DNA of 64,000 bases from Gracilinanus agilis (taxonomy: Eukaryota): contig NC_058134.1 in the NCBI RefSeq assembly GCF_016433145.1, positions 6,561,290-6,625,289 on the forward strand, given 5' to 3'. Under the pieces are notes generated by a model. The model worked only from the letters and a program-made list of their open reading frames with translations. It was not told the DNA's origin and ran no database searches. Every line of letters starts with the position of its first letter. Position 1 is the first letter of the stretch. Positions 49,842 through 61,749 of the stretch are shown piece by piece. Made by a program: the position numbers and the translations under genes.

Positions 49842-50090
49842 ACTAGCATTTATATAGTGCACTCAGGTGCACAAAGAGCTTGGCAACTCTTATCTCATCT
49901 GATCCTCCCGAGAACCCTCAGAAAGAGGCAGTAATAATATCTTCATTTTGCAGATGAGGAAACAGAAGACTACCAAGATTATGTTACTTTTCTGGGGTCA
50001 CATAGATAGAAATATCTGAAGCAGGATTTGAACTCAGATTTTCCTCCCTCCAGATTCAGTATTCTATCCCTGAGACTTGGTGAGATGAAA
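49842..50090 (-). mobile_element. MIR
   Basis: tagcatttatatagtgc...cattttgcagatgaggaaac...ggatttgaactcag. Confidence 0.85.
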
Positions 50091-50410
50091 CCTATGACTG
50101 GAATGTGGTTCTCTCTCTCTTCATTATATCTTTTTCAGAAGAAACATGATATAGAAAATGCCTGGGAAGCCTCATGTATTAAGAAAGTATACATCATACA
50201 TACATGAGAAAATAAGAACCAGAGGGAGGAAGCTGGACTGAGAATATTAGGTCACGACCAGTGGAAAAGGAACAGAAGTTTTACCACCAGAGTCTACCAG
50301 TGAGCAAATGTTCGCAAAGAATGACAAAAGAGCTGACTTAAGAAAGAAACCAACAGCCTGGCAGAAGAATGATAGGAGACTGCAATTATCTGGTCATCTG
50401 TTGGCGTACC

Positions 50411-50735
50411 CCCTCTCTCTCTCCCTCTCCCTCTTCCTCTCCCTCTCCCTCTCTCTCTCCTTCCTCTCTCTTCACTCCCTCTCCCTCTCCCTCTGCTTCT
50501 TCTCTGCTCCCTCTCCCTCCTCTCTCTTCTCTCCCTCCTCTCCCTCTTTCTCCCTCCCTCCCTTTGTTTCTCTCTCCCCTCCCTTCATCTCTCTGTATTT
50601 ATCTCTCTCCCCATCTATTTCTCTCTTTGTCTCTCCATCTTTGTCCTTCTCAACCTTCTTTGTCTGCCTCCCGTTTCTCTGTCTCTGTCTTTGTGTCTTC
50701 TTGTCTGCCATCTCCCTGTCTCTCTGTCTTTCTCT
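50411..50735. repeat. CT-rich polypyrimidine low-complexity tract (GA-rich AGAGAC and (CA)n tracts nearby at 49488-49700)
   Basis: About 320 nt of ctccct/ctctct units. Confidence 0.95.
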
Positions 50736-51514
50736 AATACAGGAGGTGAGAAAAACTGGCCACTCTCATGCAACACGTATTTTAAGAGAGCAGATGCCCC
50801 AGTGCATCAGGAGCTCCCCTGGACTAAAATATTAAACTGCTATTTTAGCTATGGAGGAAGACGAAGGCCTGATGGATAAAACTCAAAAGACATGTGCTTC
50901 CTCCTCTCAGGTTACTTGCTCCACTTCCCACTCAAGGGCCCAAAGAGCTCCCTTCCACCTCAGAGCTCCAGGGATCCTCTTAAGGGGTCCAGAATGCCAG
51001 CACGGTTGCTCTGAGCGCCTCAAGAAGTTTCCCCTCAGTGCAGCTCTCGGCCAAGCCCTGAAGACGCATGGCTTTGAGGTGCCTCTGAGCCCCCAGTTAG
51101 TGAATTTTGTCAGACTGATGACTTGGTCAAGGGAAGGGGAAGCTCCCTCTGGGTCACCCTTGCTGGCAGTGGGTCCATTTGCCTCCGCGAGGGACTCCTG
51201 GAGGCAAGAAGCTGTTGAAGCCTCCTGGCTTACCCGCTGCTCCAGGAGCCTCACCAGTGGCGTGCTCCTCTTTCAGCAAGTCACAGAATATCTGCAGGGT
51301 GGCCTCTTCTATTTCCCTCCAGTGACTCAAGTATAAAGTTATTCCTCTCAAATGGATTCCTTTCTCAGTTTTGCTTAGTTTACAACTTTGAGTGACGGAT
51401 TCAGCCAGAAGTCTGGACCTTCTGCATTAACACCAGTTAGGTAAGGCTATAACCCCACAGAGACCTGTAAGAATGTGGGCGGACAAGACCCTGAAGTTTT
51501 AAAAGCTTATATTA

Positions 51515-51700
51515 GGGGCAGCTGGGTAGCTCAGTGGATGGAGAGTCAGGCCTAGAGACGGGAGGTCCTGGGTTCAAATCTGGCCTCAGACACTTCCCAG
51601 CTGTGTGACCCTGGGCCAGTCACTTGACCCCCATTGCCCACCCTTACCAATCTTCCACCAAGGAGTCAATTCACAGAAGTTAAGGGTTTAAAAAAAAAAA
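51515..51700 (+). mobile_element. Young short-tail SINE with intact Pol III A and B boxes
   Basis: 14-bp TSD aaaagcttatatta at 51501-51514 and 51701-51714. A box tagctcagtgg, B box ggttcaaatc. Confidence 0.97.
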
Positions 51701-52337
51701 AAAAGCTTATATTACACGGGGGGGCAGTGGAGGAGGGCCACAGCGATCTGCAGTGACTCGATGGGCGACACCAGGGGTGCTCAGAATGAGCCGAGTCTGA
51801 GGGGAAATCCATCCTTGGCACTCACGGGGTCCCTCCTATATGCCCGCCATTGGCAAAGGGCTGGAGATACAGGGACAAAGCAGAATGGTGCTCGCCCTCC
51901 AGTAGTGCACATCCTAAGAGGCGACAACACACACATACACTGACAAACAGGAAACATCAACAGACTCAACTAGAGAGAGCCAGAGGGGGGCAGGAAGATC
52001 TTTGGGGAAGGCAGTCCTGGAGCTGAGTCTGGAAGGAGGCCAAAGGTTCCAAGAGGCAGAGGTGAGGAATGGTTCTTGGATGGAGTCTGGGAGGTGAAAA
52101 ATGGCTACATTGGGGGCAAACGAGGGTCCCAGAAAGGGTGATGTTCTTGCTCAGCGTGGGTGACGTGCTAATCACTGGGCACATTCAGTGCTTCATGGTT
52201 ATCGCCTGTGGGGTTTTTCTGACAAAGAGAATGGCTTCTGGACCAGAAAGAATTCAACAAAAGATAATAATAGGGAGCTCAAGGCCAAGATAAGTAAAGC
52301 TGCTGTAAGAAGGAGAAAAAGAAAAGGAAAAAAAAAA

Positions 52338-52528
52338 GGCAGTTAGGTGGCTCCTTGGCTAGAGCACCAGGACTGGAGATGGGAGGCCCTGAATTCAATC
52401 TGGCCTCACCCACTTCCTATCTGTGACTTAAGCCCCCATTGCCTACCCCTTATCACTCTTCTGCCTACTTAGTATCAATTCTAAGACAGATGGCAAGGGT
52501 TTAAAAAAATTAAAATTAAAAAAAAAAA
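52338..52528 (+). mobile_element. Older long-tail SINE
   Basis: ggcagttaggtggc head and agtatcaattctaagacagatggcaagggttt tail with poly-A. Confidence 0.87.
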
Positions 52529-52799
52529 GCTCACAACTACCCATGATGAATTCAAGTCATTGAACCAAGATGAATCATATTCTCAGTCGCTGTGATATGG
52601 GAAAGACCATGTGGGGGTTAAAAAAAAAAAAGGTACTTGTGGACTAAGTGGGGCAAGTTGTGCCAATTAGAGACAGAGACAGAAACAGAGACAAAGACAG
52701 ACAAATGGAAACAGACGGTGATAGAGACAGAAAAAATGCATTCCACGAATTAGGAGTCAATGCCCCAGGCTTCGTAAAACATTCCAAAATGTCCAGGAG

Positions 52800-54470
52800 A
52801 CGGTCACAGTCAATGAACAATTAGAATGGAAAGGACAGAAGAACAAATTGTGGCAGAAAGCAATGTTTTTCAAGTGATTACCAGGTTGTTAGAGCAGGCC
52901 ATACTATAGAAATAGTTCATCTTGATTTTAGCCTAGTATTTGCTCCAATACCTCAAGATATGGTCAAAAAGTCGGAGGGACGACAACTACATCTACCTTC
53001 ATACAGACTGAGAACAGGAAGAGATGCCGAGTAGTCATGAACGGTCCAAAGTGCACCTGGAATGTGATTCTGAAAGAGAATCTACCTCCAAAAGGAGACA
53101 GATTGGATGGGAAGGACCTAGATGGACTGGAATTGAAAAAACCCAACGAGGACCTCCCGGGGCCAGTAAAGCCCCAAAGCTTTGCAATTATAGAATAAAC
53201 AAGTTCATTGAGGTTACAGAAATGGTAGATGACGTCCTAAATCTGTACAGCTCTAACTCCTCCCTCACGGGGATGCCCTTCCTACCAGCTCCCTGATCTT
53301 ATCTAGACTCCTAAACTATCGGACTCCCTAAATATCACAGATTGTCTTTAAAAGGCTGAGGATGCAGGACTCACGGATGTACCGAGTCCTTGCCCAGAGC
53401 CTGGGTTGGCTTCCTGGGGAAACCCAAAGTCCCAGGGGACCAACCCTTGGGTTTACCTTAATCAAGTTGCCTCTGATAGGTGGCTCTCAGTACTTCAGGG
53501 AAAGGCAGGTGTCCTCCAAGGCAGATCTCCAACCCAGGGATTTCCTAATCTTTCTACAAGATTAGTCTGTTCCCAGGAGATGCCAGAGCAAAGTCCTCCC
53601 TACCAGCTCAGAGGAAAGCCAGATTAGGAGTGACCACTAATCCCAGTAGAACTCCCAAGATCCTCCTCTCCTTCCAGAATTGTCTCCCAGGCTTTGTGTC
53701 TAAATTCTCCTCCTTTCCTCTTAAAGACAATCCATGCATTTCCCCCTTATCCCTTATCCTTACAATTCTTAGCTATGTCCTAGTAGAAATTTCCCTTTAA
53801 TGAGGAAGAGTACACATTTTGAGAAGACTTAAAGACTTCATTTCTAGTCTTTTAAATTGAGCCAACATTTAATGACACGTGTTGCCTCTGGAATAATCTA
53901 CATATGGGAAGACTATTGTAGTTTGAGGGGGCTGGTGAATTCTCTCACCTCTGAACACTAAATTGGCCAGATCACATGAAAAATGAGCGTCCTCATCGAT
54001 GACTTGGACGAAGGGCCAGAGAGCACATGTATGTATTCGCTGCACGGCTAATACCAAGCTGAGAGGTATCCCTAACTCTGCAGGTCACAATGAGGATCCA
54101 ACGTGATCTTCACCAGATCAAGTTAAATTGAGACAAATGAAATGGAATTGGTATAAAGGCAGCATCCCCACCCTTGGGTTCAGGGCATGAATGTCACGAG
54201 CACCTGTATGCAAACACAGTTTTTGGAAGTAAGGGGGGAAAAGATCTTGTGAGATCAAGAGTCATCGGTATGAAATGGCTCTCCAAGCAAGCTAGGGACA
54301 AGTGGGGCTGCTTTGAGAATCCTCCGGCTTCCGGGAATAAGCAGGAGAGAGCTTTGCCATGCCCACCCTCCTCAGCAGAACGAGGGGTTCACTTGGGGTT
54401 CTGGCAGCATGTCGGAAGGTCATCAGTTACCTGGAGGACATTCAGAGGAGGGGAATCCGCTCTGAGTTTG
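52800..54470 (+). mobile_element. CR1/L3 reverse-transcriptase fossil in two pieces (about 52800-53070 and 53980-54470)
   Basis: EIVHLDFSLVFA (about 52908-52945) resembles DIVYLDFSKAFD. RVVMNG resembles QRVVING. VLIDDLDEG, ANTKLRGI and IQRDL resemble FINDLDEG, DDTKLGG and IQKDL. Confidence 0.82.
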
Positions 54471-54804
54471 ACCGTAAAGCTGTCTCCAGTGACCGGGGAC
54501 ATTAAGTCTTTAGAGTGGGGGGCATTTCCTCCCCCTGGAAATTACTTTGTATATATTTTATGATCAACTGGCTACGAATGCCTAGTGTCTGCCCGGAGGA
54601 TTACCATCTCCCAGAAGGTGGGGACTTTTCTGCCTTGTTTCCTCGGCACCCCTACAGATGACACCATAGTCCTTTGAAAGGGGGCGTCTTATTAAACAAT
54701 GAATGACATGCTGATGTCTTTTTTTCCCCTCACATCCTATCAGGATATTTCTATTCTCATTGCAAGGGTCGATCAGCTCCCTGATAAAGAATGGACCCAA
54801 ATAA

Positions 54805-55015
54805 GAAGGAGGCAGCCTTGAGTCAAGAAGATCAGATTTAAAGCTGGTTTCAGACACTTAGTCGACCCACAGCCCTGAGCAAATGACTTAACTTTCTCTC
54901 AGTCTCAATTTCCTCATCTGTAAAACGGGGATAACAAGAGCCATATTCCAGGGCTGTTTTTAGGATCCAACAAGATCGCAAACCTTAAAGCAGTATATAA
55001 ATGTCATCAATTATG
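54805..55015 (+). mobile_element. MIR
   Basis: gagtcaagaagatc...tcagacactt...tttcctcatctgtaaaacgggg core. Confidence 0.85.
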
Positions 55016-57229
55016 ACTATTAAAAGTCATTTTCACTTGGCAGTTAAGACGAGTGGGTATTGTTCCTTGTCTGGATGCTTCTTCACAGCTCTAAGTTGCA
55101 ATGGACCTCAGAAGTTCAGTCCGTAACTAAGCCAGAACTGCTTCTTCACCATTCTGGTTGCCTTCTTTTTATTCTTCTATTTCTTTTTTTAATTCTTTTT
55201 TCAATGATCAAAAACCCATTTCTGCTTCTTCTCCTTCCCGTCCCTCCATGGGGTAGGGGTGACCAGCAAGGAGGGAAGAAGGAAACCTAAACCCTTGGAA
55301 CACACAGGCACACAAAGCATGATCCAAGCCCATAAATGCAGGTTCCGTTCTGCACCTCGAATCCATCCTCTGTTGGGAGGCCCGTGACAGGCTTCCTCAC
55401 GGGACTTCTGAGGTGATCACTGAGATGATCGCTGTTCTTGAGTCATTGGCGGGAACTTCTCTTGTATTGCTGCTCTTTGGGGATAACTTAGTCTCCTGGA
55501 TCTGCTCACTTCATCCTACGTCGGCTGTTCCTCTGACCTTCCAGCTTATCATTACTGCCACTGAAACATTCAGAATGGACTCCAACCTTCCCTACAATAT
55601 ATGACCAAGATGGAAAATGGAAACCTTTTAAGCTCGTATTTCGGGACGCTCTGACGACCTTAGTCCACACTGGGATGTGACCTTGGCTGTGACCTCACGC
55701 AGGTGTCTCACGTTGTCCTTGTAATAAGGCATTAAGCTGACCAGATCTTTTGTTTCTATTTTAATGCTCATCCTGGACTTGTAAAATTGATTTCTGAAAT
55801 TAAGCGCTGGGGTAAGACTTTCCTATAACATTTTACTTGACGACACATTGGCTAATTATCAAGTGATAGTTCATGACTTTGTAAGAACAACAGAAGAAAT
55901 GACATTCTTTACTAAGTAAAGGACTTTCTATCATCCCAGGAACAGTAATCCCACAGAGTGGAGACATCTCGGTGACTTTTGAGTCCCGAACGTCAGTACT
56001 GCAAGGGTCAAGATCAGAAACCCAAATGGACAGGCAAATGTGTCAGTTAAGCAAACTCAAAGCTGCACCTCTTCCAAACAGTTAACACCTAGATTTACAC
56101 TGAAATTTCTCTTTAGAATATCATGTCATCCCTCTCTACGGAGTTCTCTTAAGCACCGGAAAAGTCATTCCATTTTCCATTTCTTCCAATCTCTCTGTCC
56201 TAAGAAGCACAGAGAGCAGAATTCTATATTTTGGTAATTAATTTCCTTAAGATAATGCTAGAAACATCAGGTTCTTTAAAATATAGATGACTTTCAAGGT
56301 GAGCCCGTTCCTAGGTTTTATTAATGGCCTATGATTTATTGTGACACGAGCCCAATCTGAAGCACCCATTATTAGCAGGGCTTTTTATAAACTCTAATCG
56401 GCCCCTGCCACAGCAAACCTGGAAGAGGGCCATAGAGAAAATGGATTCACCTCTGGAGCTGAAAAGAATCGCCGTCACTACGTGCTACGGACCTTTTGCT
56501 AGCTGTCACACTTGTGTCCCTGGAAATAGAGTCCTCCTTACATGCCCTCCTACCGCTGTGGGGCCGAGCTTCATTTGGGGGAGTTCACAGCCTCGGCCGG
56601 GCAGACAATCAAAACAAACGCCAACGTGGCTGCATTTCCCTGCTCTGTCCCTCTCTCCCAAGGACCTGCTTTAATCGATATTCTGCCAGCCAGGACTGAC
56701 TGAGGCTCTTTGCCAAGGCGGCACTGGACACTTGGGAAGCCAGAAAGCGAGAACTTGAAAACATGATCCTGGGACGAGAACTTTACAGGAAGTCATATTG
56801 GGATAGCACAGAGGAGAAATCATTGGATTGGGAGTAAAGAAGGCACCGAATATGTCCATTTTAAAATTTCAAAAATCACAGAAATGTGGCGATTGGATCC
56901 GAAACAAATTTGTTCTTTTTCCTCTAGATGATAACCTTACTTTGACCTTCATTGCAGCAAGGAGAACCTGACCCTCTCTTAACCAATTAATTGTTCCATT
57001 CACCACAGTGTATTTTCCAGGATTTTCCCTTGCTCTCCCATCTCCCATGTTTCCTCCACCCCCCAGCCTTTCTGCTGAGAACCCCGACCAAGATTTCAGT
57101 GAAAAAAAACAAAGCAAAATGGAGGCCATCTGCCAAGAGATCCTTTTCTCCCTTCCTCCTCTTCTCACACCGTTCAGGCATCATTACTGACTATTTCCGT
57201 TTATTCCCATGTTTTGCCTCAGCAAATGG

Positions 57230-57700
57230 GCAAAGCCTTCTACGTGCACCCTTGCTCCATTCTCTCGTCTCTTCAGCAGTGTCTTATGATCATGCCCAAT
57301 CTCTCTCTGATCCTAATTTCTCCATTTCTACTGGTTCCTTTTCTGTTACATACAAACACATGAATGAACAAATAAATAAATAGTCCTTCCCTTGGTCTAA
57401 TTAGAGCAGCTGCCATCCCGCATCCCTTCTCTCACGCCGATAGTCCTTGAAAAAGTTATCTACACTCCTTGCCTCAACTTTCTCTCTTCTCATTGTCTCC
57501 TAAAGCCGGGGCAATCTACTTCCAACCTTGATATTTAATGGAAACTGCTTCCTCCAAATTACCAGCGATGTTTTAATTGACAAATTGAATGGCCTTTTCT
57601 CCATCATCATCTTTTCTGATCTTTCTGAACCCTTTAACAATGTCAATTGCTGTCTCCTCCCAGACCCCGTTATCTCCGGCTTTAATAACATTTCTCTCCT
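57230..57700 (+). mobile_element. L2 reverse-transcriptase fossil
   Basis: Track ORF 57528-57737 ITSDVLIDKLNGLFSIIIFSDLSEPFNNVN resembles the L2 RT motif [30 protein letters not shown]. Confidence 0.85.
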
Positions 57701-58443
57701 GGCTGCCCAGATCCCTTCCAAGTTTCAAATTCTTTAAGGCAGAGTCAAACGAATAAGCATGGTGGGCACCGAGACACCTTCAGCTGGGAATTCTGCTCAC
57801 ACGTTCCACACCCAACTCGCTGGGCTGGGGTCATTCGAGGGCCCCTGGGTTCAGGGCCCCGAGTTGCGCTCCTGGCCCAGCCAGCCCACTCAGCTAATGC
57901 CCACCCACTTCTGACACGGCAGCCTCAGGTTGTCTCTGCAGAAAAGCTTTCTGCCCAATTCTACTTAGCGCAGCCACATCACCGAGCCAGAACTTCATTT
58001 CTGGATTGGCAATCTGACCTTCTAAAGGAAATCCTCAGCAAGTATTTTCAAATGTGCTCGATTCGAGTGACGAAGTGAAAACTTTCAAACAGTATGGAGT
58101 ATCCACTGTGGCAAACAGGAAATGGTTGTGTCGTCCCACAGTGTTGATACATCTGAAGACGAGTTCAAAGTATTCTTTCGTGTTTGATATTAGATGGTTT
58201 CCTCCAGCTGGAAGACACCATAACTTCCATTTCTTTTCTGGGGAAGTTTTCTCCATAGGTAAATTCCATGGAAAATTCACACGGAAACTTAAGAACCGTC
58301 AGAGAAAGTCCTAGAGTAATATGAGTGTGGAAGGCAAAGCCTGTGAATCCTAGTGATTTAAATATGAGTCCAAACAGAACCGAAGAAGCTGCTGCCACGC
58401 TGATGGAGTGACCAGGCACACTGAGTGGTGAAGAGTCACCAGA

Positions 58444-58634
58444 GGGGCGGCGAGGTGGCTCAGTGAATTGAGAGCCTGGCCTGGAGAGGAGAGACCTGGG
58501 TTAAAATGAGCCTCAGTCACTGCCTGGCTCTGTGGCCCCGGGCAAGTTACTTAATCCCAGCTGCCTATCCTTGGCCACATTCTGCCTTGGAGACGCATCC
58601 ATAGTTCTGAGAAGGTGACGGTTTAAAGAAAAAA
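58444..58634 (+). mobile_element. Older opossum SINE
   Basis: ggggcggcgaggtggctcagtg head, gggcaagttacttaatccc, ending ggtttaaagaaaaaa. Confidence 0.85.
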
Positions 58635-59494
58635 GTGTCCTCCCTCTCTACAGAGTTCTCTCGATCGCTTGTTATTGCTGTAACCGAATAGCCAGCAAGG
58701 TGCCCCCAGTAGCAGTAACCTCAGGCCCCTTGTTACAGGTAGGAAAAGGGGGATCTGGGATATCTCACATGAAAATGTTACCCAAAGGAAATTCAGACTC
58801 TCAACTGAAGTTTGCCCATAAAAATACAAGTCGCTGTGGGATCTGGGTCAAAAGACACCCTCCTTACTGTCTCCATCAGTAGCAGCATAGATGTTAGATG
58901 TCCCAAAAGGCCTCGTCTATTTTAGAGCTTTTATATCTTAGAGACAGAGACAGAGCTACGGGTAAAAGAGATCCTGGCAGAAATGCAAACCAAGACGGTA
59001 AGAGCTTAGAGGCACGATCTCTCCCTTCTACTTGGCATGTTCAGGAAGGTGTTCCCTTCTGGGTGAAGGAGAGAGATGGAGAGTGAGTCCTGTGACTTTC
59101 CTGTACTTCCCCCCCCCCAAAAAAAAAAGCTCTGCTTAACTCTGACAAGGCCCAGGTCCAAGAAAGAAGCCCTACTGCTCATCCCCATCAGTAACAGGGT
59201 TTTCTCCTCAAAGTGAGGCATCTGTCACTAAGGGGGGGTGGGTGTTCACTCATTCTTCCAGCTCCCCTTAATACCCTGCTGCCCCACAAACTACAGCACG
59301 ATAACTAAGCACGCTGCTGAATTAGGAAGGCAGTCATGTTAAGAGGGAAACCAAAGGCATTATTGTCTTCTTCCATCCATCTACAGACACAGACCCAGAT
59401 CCCCTCCATCATTCACAAACATACAGAGGCATTTGCGACATTTGGTATCTTTGCCACAGCAGAAAGGTTCAGCTACCATTACTTGGGCACCTAC

Positions 59495-59559
59495 CGGCTG
59501 TTGAACTTCTCTGGGTGCTTCTCTCTCATAATGTGGAATCTGTGGGCGATGGAAGCATC
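59495..59559 (-). CDS. DGKB: Internal 65-nt coding exon of a type I diacylglycerol kinase, best match diacylglycerol kinase beta (accessory catalytic domain)
   Basis: The minus strand reads tttttttcccttttag|GAT GCT TCC ATC GCC CAC AGA TTC CAC ATT ATG AGA GAG AAG CAC CCA GAG AAG TTC AAC AGC CG|gtaggt = [21 protein letters not shown](R). It has a strong polypyrimidine/AG acceptor and a GT donor, phase 0 to phase 2. The peptide is as I recall human DGKB (HIMREKH), versus DGKG HVMREKH and DGKA REKY. I saw no following MKNK-x-WYFEFG exon in the 59 kb downstream, which fits the very large DGKB intron. Confidence 0.88.
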
Positions 59560-59934
59560 CTAAAAGGGAAAAAAATACTGTTATGAAGCCATAATGGATT
59601 CAAAAGCCAAAGTCCCAGTTGCTGGGCACCACAAGGCATCCTTGTACCTATGGACATCGGGCAGGAAAAGAACACAGATCAGAACAAGATGCTTCACTTT
59701 GGCAGATCTTCTTTTTCAACATTCTCAACGTCAGATGATTTAATCTTGAGGTTGTTTCTGTTTCAAAAATAGTTGTAGTTCCTGTCCCTTTCAAAACTTG
59801 GACTTGTTTTCCAAAATATAATCAATCACACGGATAAGATATTCCTGAAATTTGGTTGAGGAGGTTGTTAGAGGATTATTTACTGGATTTTCTAAGGGAG
59901 AAAGTGATCATATATGGAAAACTCCTGTTTACTA

Positions 59935-59946
59935 CTTTTATATATA

Positions 59947-59977
<31 letters not shown>
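59935..59977. repeat. (TA)n microsatellite
   Basis: tatatatata runs with one T-run interruption. Confidence 0.95.
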
Positions 59978-59978
<1 letters not shown>

Positions 59979-60239
59979 AGCAAATGGAGGTCTTGGGACT
60001 GGGGAATATTTCCTATAACAAAGTATCACTAAAATACTAATAAATTAGTCTGGAGAACAACGAGATAACCACCAATAGTGTATACAGGCTCTCAAATTGT
60101 TTTCTCTTTCCCACTACAGTAACAGAAGACAAAGTGCTCTAACTCTTATCTAAAAGAGACACAGTCAAAACCTGGAGATGCTTACTGGCTCCCCAATGTC
60201 TTTGTCCAAAGAGGACATGCCTATTAAGAGACTCATTTT

Positions 60240-60448
60240 GGGGCAGCTGGGTAGCTCAGTGGAGTGAGAGTCAGGCCTAGAGACACGAGGTCCTAGGTTC
60301 AAACCCGGCCTCAGCCACTTCCCAGCTGTGTGACCCTGGGCAAGTCACTTGACCCCCATTGCCCACCCTTACCAACCTTCCACCTATGAGACAATACACC
60401 GAAGTACAAGGGTTTAAAAAAAACAAAAAAACAAAAACAAACAAAAAA
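60240..60448 (+). mobile_element. Young short-tail SINE, variant tail
   Basis: 14-bp TSD aagagactcatttt at 60226-60239 and 60449-60462. Tail acctatgagacaatacaccgaagtacaagggttt. Confidence 0.97.
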
Positions 60449-60880
60449 AAGAGACTCATTTTAAGTTCTTGATGGCACATTTTCTCAAAAGGATGGATAG
60501 TAAAAAACCAGGTCAGAATCAAAACTTTCCCAGCAAACACCCTTCCAACTGACCTCAAGTTGCTAGAATCTTCTTTAGTATTTTCATTCATCCTTTATTA
60601 AGTTCTACAGCTCTAATGTCTACAGTGGTGGAGGGGAAAACATCATGAGAGGCTTAGTTGTTCATTTACTTCCAGAAAATAAAAAGCAGTCCAAAAGTTC
60701 ATGACAGGAATAAACAAAAAGGTGTATTGAAGTCACATATTGGAATAAACCTAGAAAATACAAATCAAGGATGATGTGTCTACAGGATAAAATAAAGAGG
60801 CTAATGGTTGAACTTCGGTAACACAAAATGAATGGCCTCCACATGCATTAGATGAGATCGGTGCCCACCAGAGACAGCAA

Positions 60881-61108
60881 GGGGCAGGGGTGCAATGGAG
60901 AGAGTGCTGGGCCTGAAGCCTTCCTGAGTTCAAATTTGTCCTTAGACACTTACTAGATGTATGACCCCAGAGGAACCACCTCATCTCATCCTGTTTGCTT
61001 GCCTCAGTTCCTCATCAATAAAAATGAGCTGGAGAAGTAAAGAGCAAACCCCTCCAGTATCTCTGCCAAGAAAACCCCAAAGAGGGTCACAAAGACTCAG
61101 ACTTCAGA
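60881..61108 (+). mobile_element. MAR1-like SINE
   Basis: Tail gagctggagaag...ccagtatctctgccaagaaaaccccaaagagggtcacaaagactcagac. Confidence 0.88.
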
Positions 61109-61749
61109 CAGCTCTCAGAGCAAGAAGGGATGACGATAGGCTCAACAGGCAGAAGGAAGATGGAGCCAATCTGTGCTTTGATATTTGTACAAAGCCCTCC
61201 TCCTTCCCCATCACCTGCCTGCTTTTATAATTCATGATGGAATCACAGAACTTCTTCATGGTTTCTACAGAAGTAGGAAATGAAGATTAAACAAGCTTTG
61301 TTGGCTTGGAAATATTCTGGGCAAATCAGAAAGTCGCCTATTTTAGTCATGAATACTGTTTGAAAATGCCTGTCCATGACCCTGCACCATTAACCAGTAA
61401 AAATCAGATGAAAAACGTAACCTGAGAAGAAATGTCTCCATTATGTTCTCAGATGGAAATGGGGAGATGGAGCCTAGTGAGGTGGGAAAGGCAGGAAGGG
61501 CACACATGAGGCCTCTTTGTGGCAGGGCCCTTAAATGAGAGGAAAACACAAGCTTGCTCCTGCACGCCACCCACAAAACGAGTTAGCCTCAATATCCGGA
61601 TGCAATTCAAAATTTCGCTTCTCTTCTAATAAACTTCCTCTGCCATTTTAATTAAGTTATTCCATCTAAGCTGGTACTCAGTGCTGTTAAATTACATTGC
61701 ATTGTAGTCAAAAGGAAGGAATCTTGAGAGCAAATTAACTCGCATCCTG

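Larger units (their letters stand above)
1..59494 (-). other. DGKB: Large intron of the DGK gene downstream of the 65-nt exon (continues past the window edge unless the next exon lies in an N gap)
   Basis: Starts at the GTAGGT donor at 59494. I recognised no further DGK exon by eye, and the content is repeats plus non-coding blocks. Confidence 0.7.

Noticed and set aside
50308-50835. Ser/Leu-rich ORFs
   Set aside because: They derive from the CT-rich low-complexity tract.
51515-51590. tRNA gene
   Set aside because: The A and B boxes belong to a tRNA-derived SINE head with poly-A and TSD. No cloverleaf can be formed.
52990-53200. Apparent plus-strand terminal exon (cag|TENRKRCRVVMNGPKCTW...)
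   Set aside because: RVVMNG and the upstream LDFS motif identify it as a CR1/L3 reverse-transcriptase fossil.
58444-60448. SINEs flanking the kinase exon as a circRNA-promoting pair
   Set aside because: Both nearest copies (58444 and 60240) are on the plus strand, so they are direct rather than inverted repeats.
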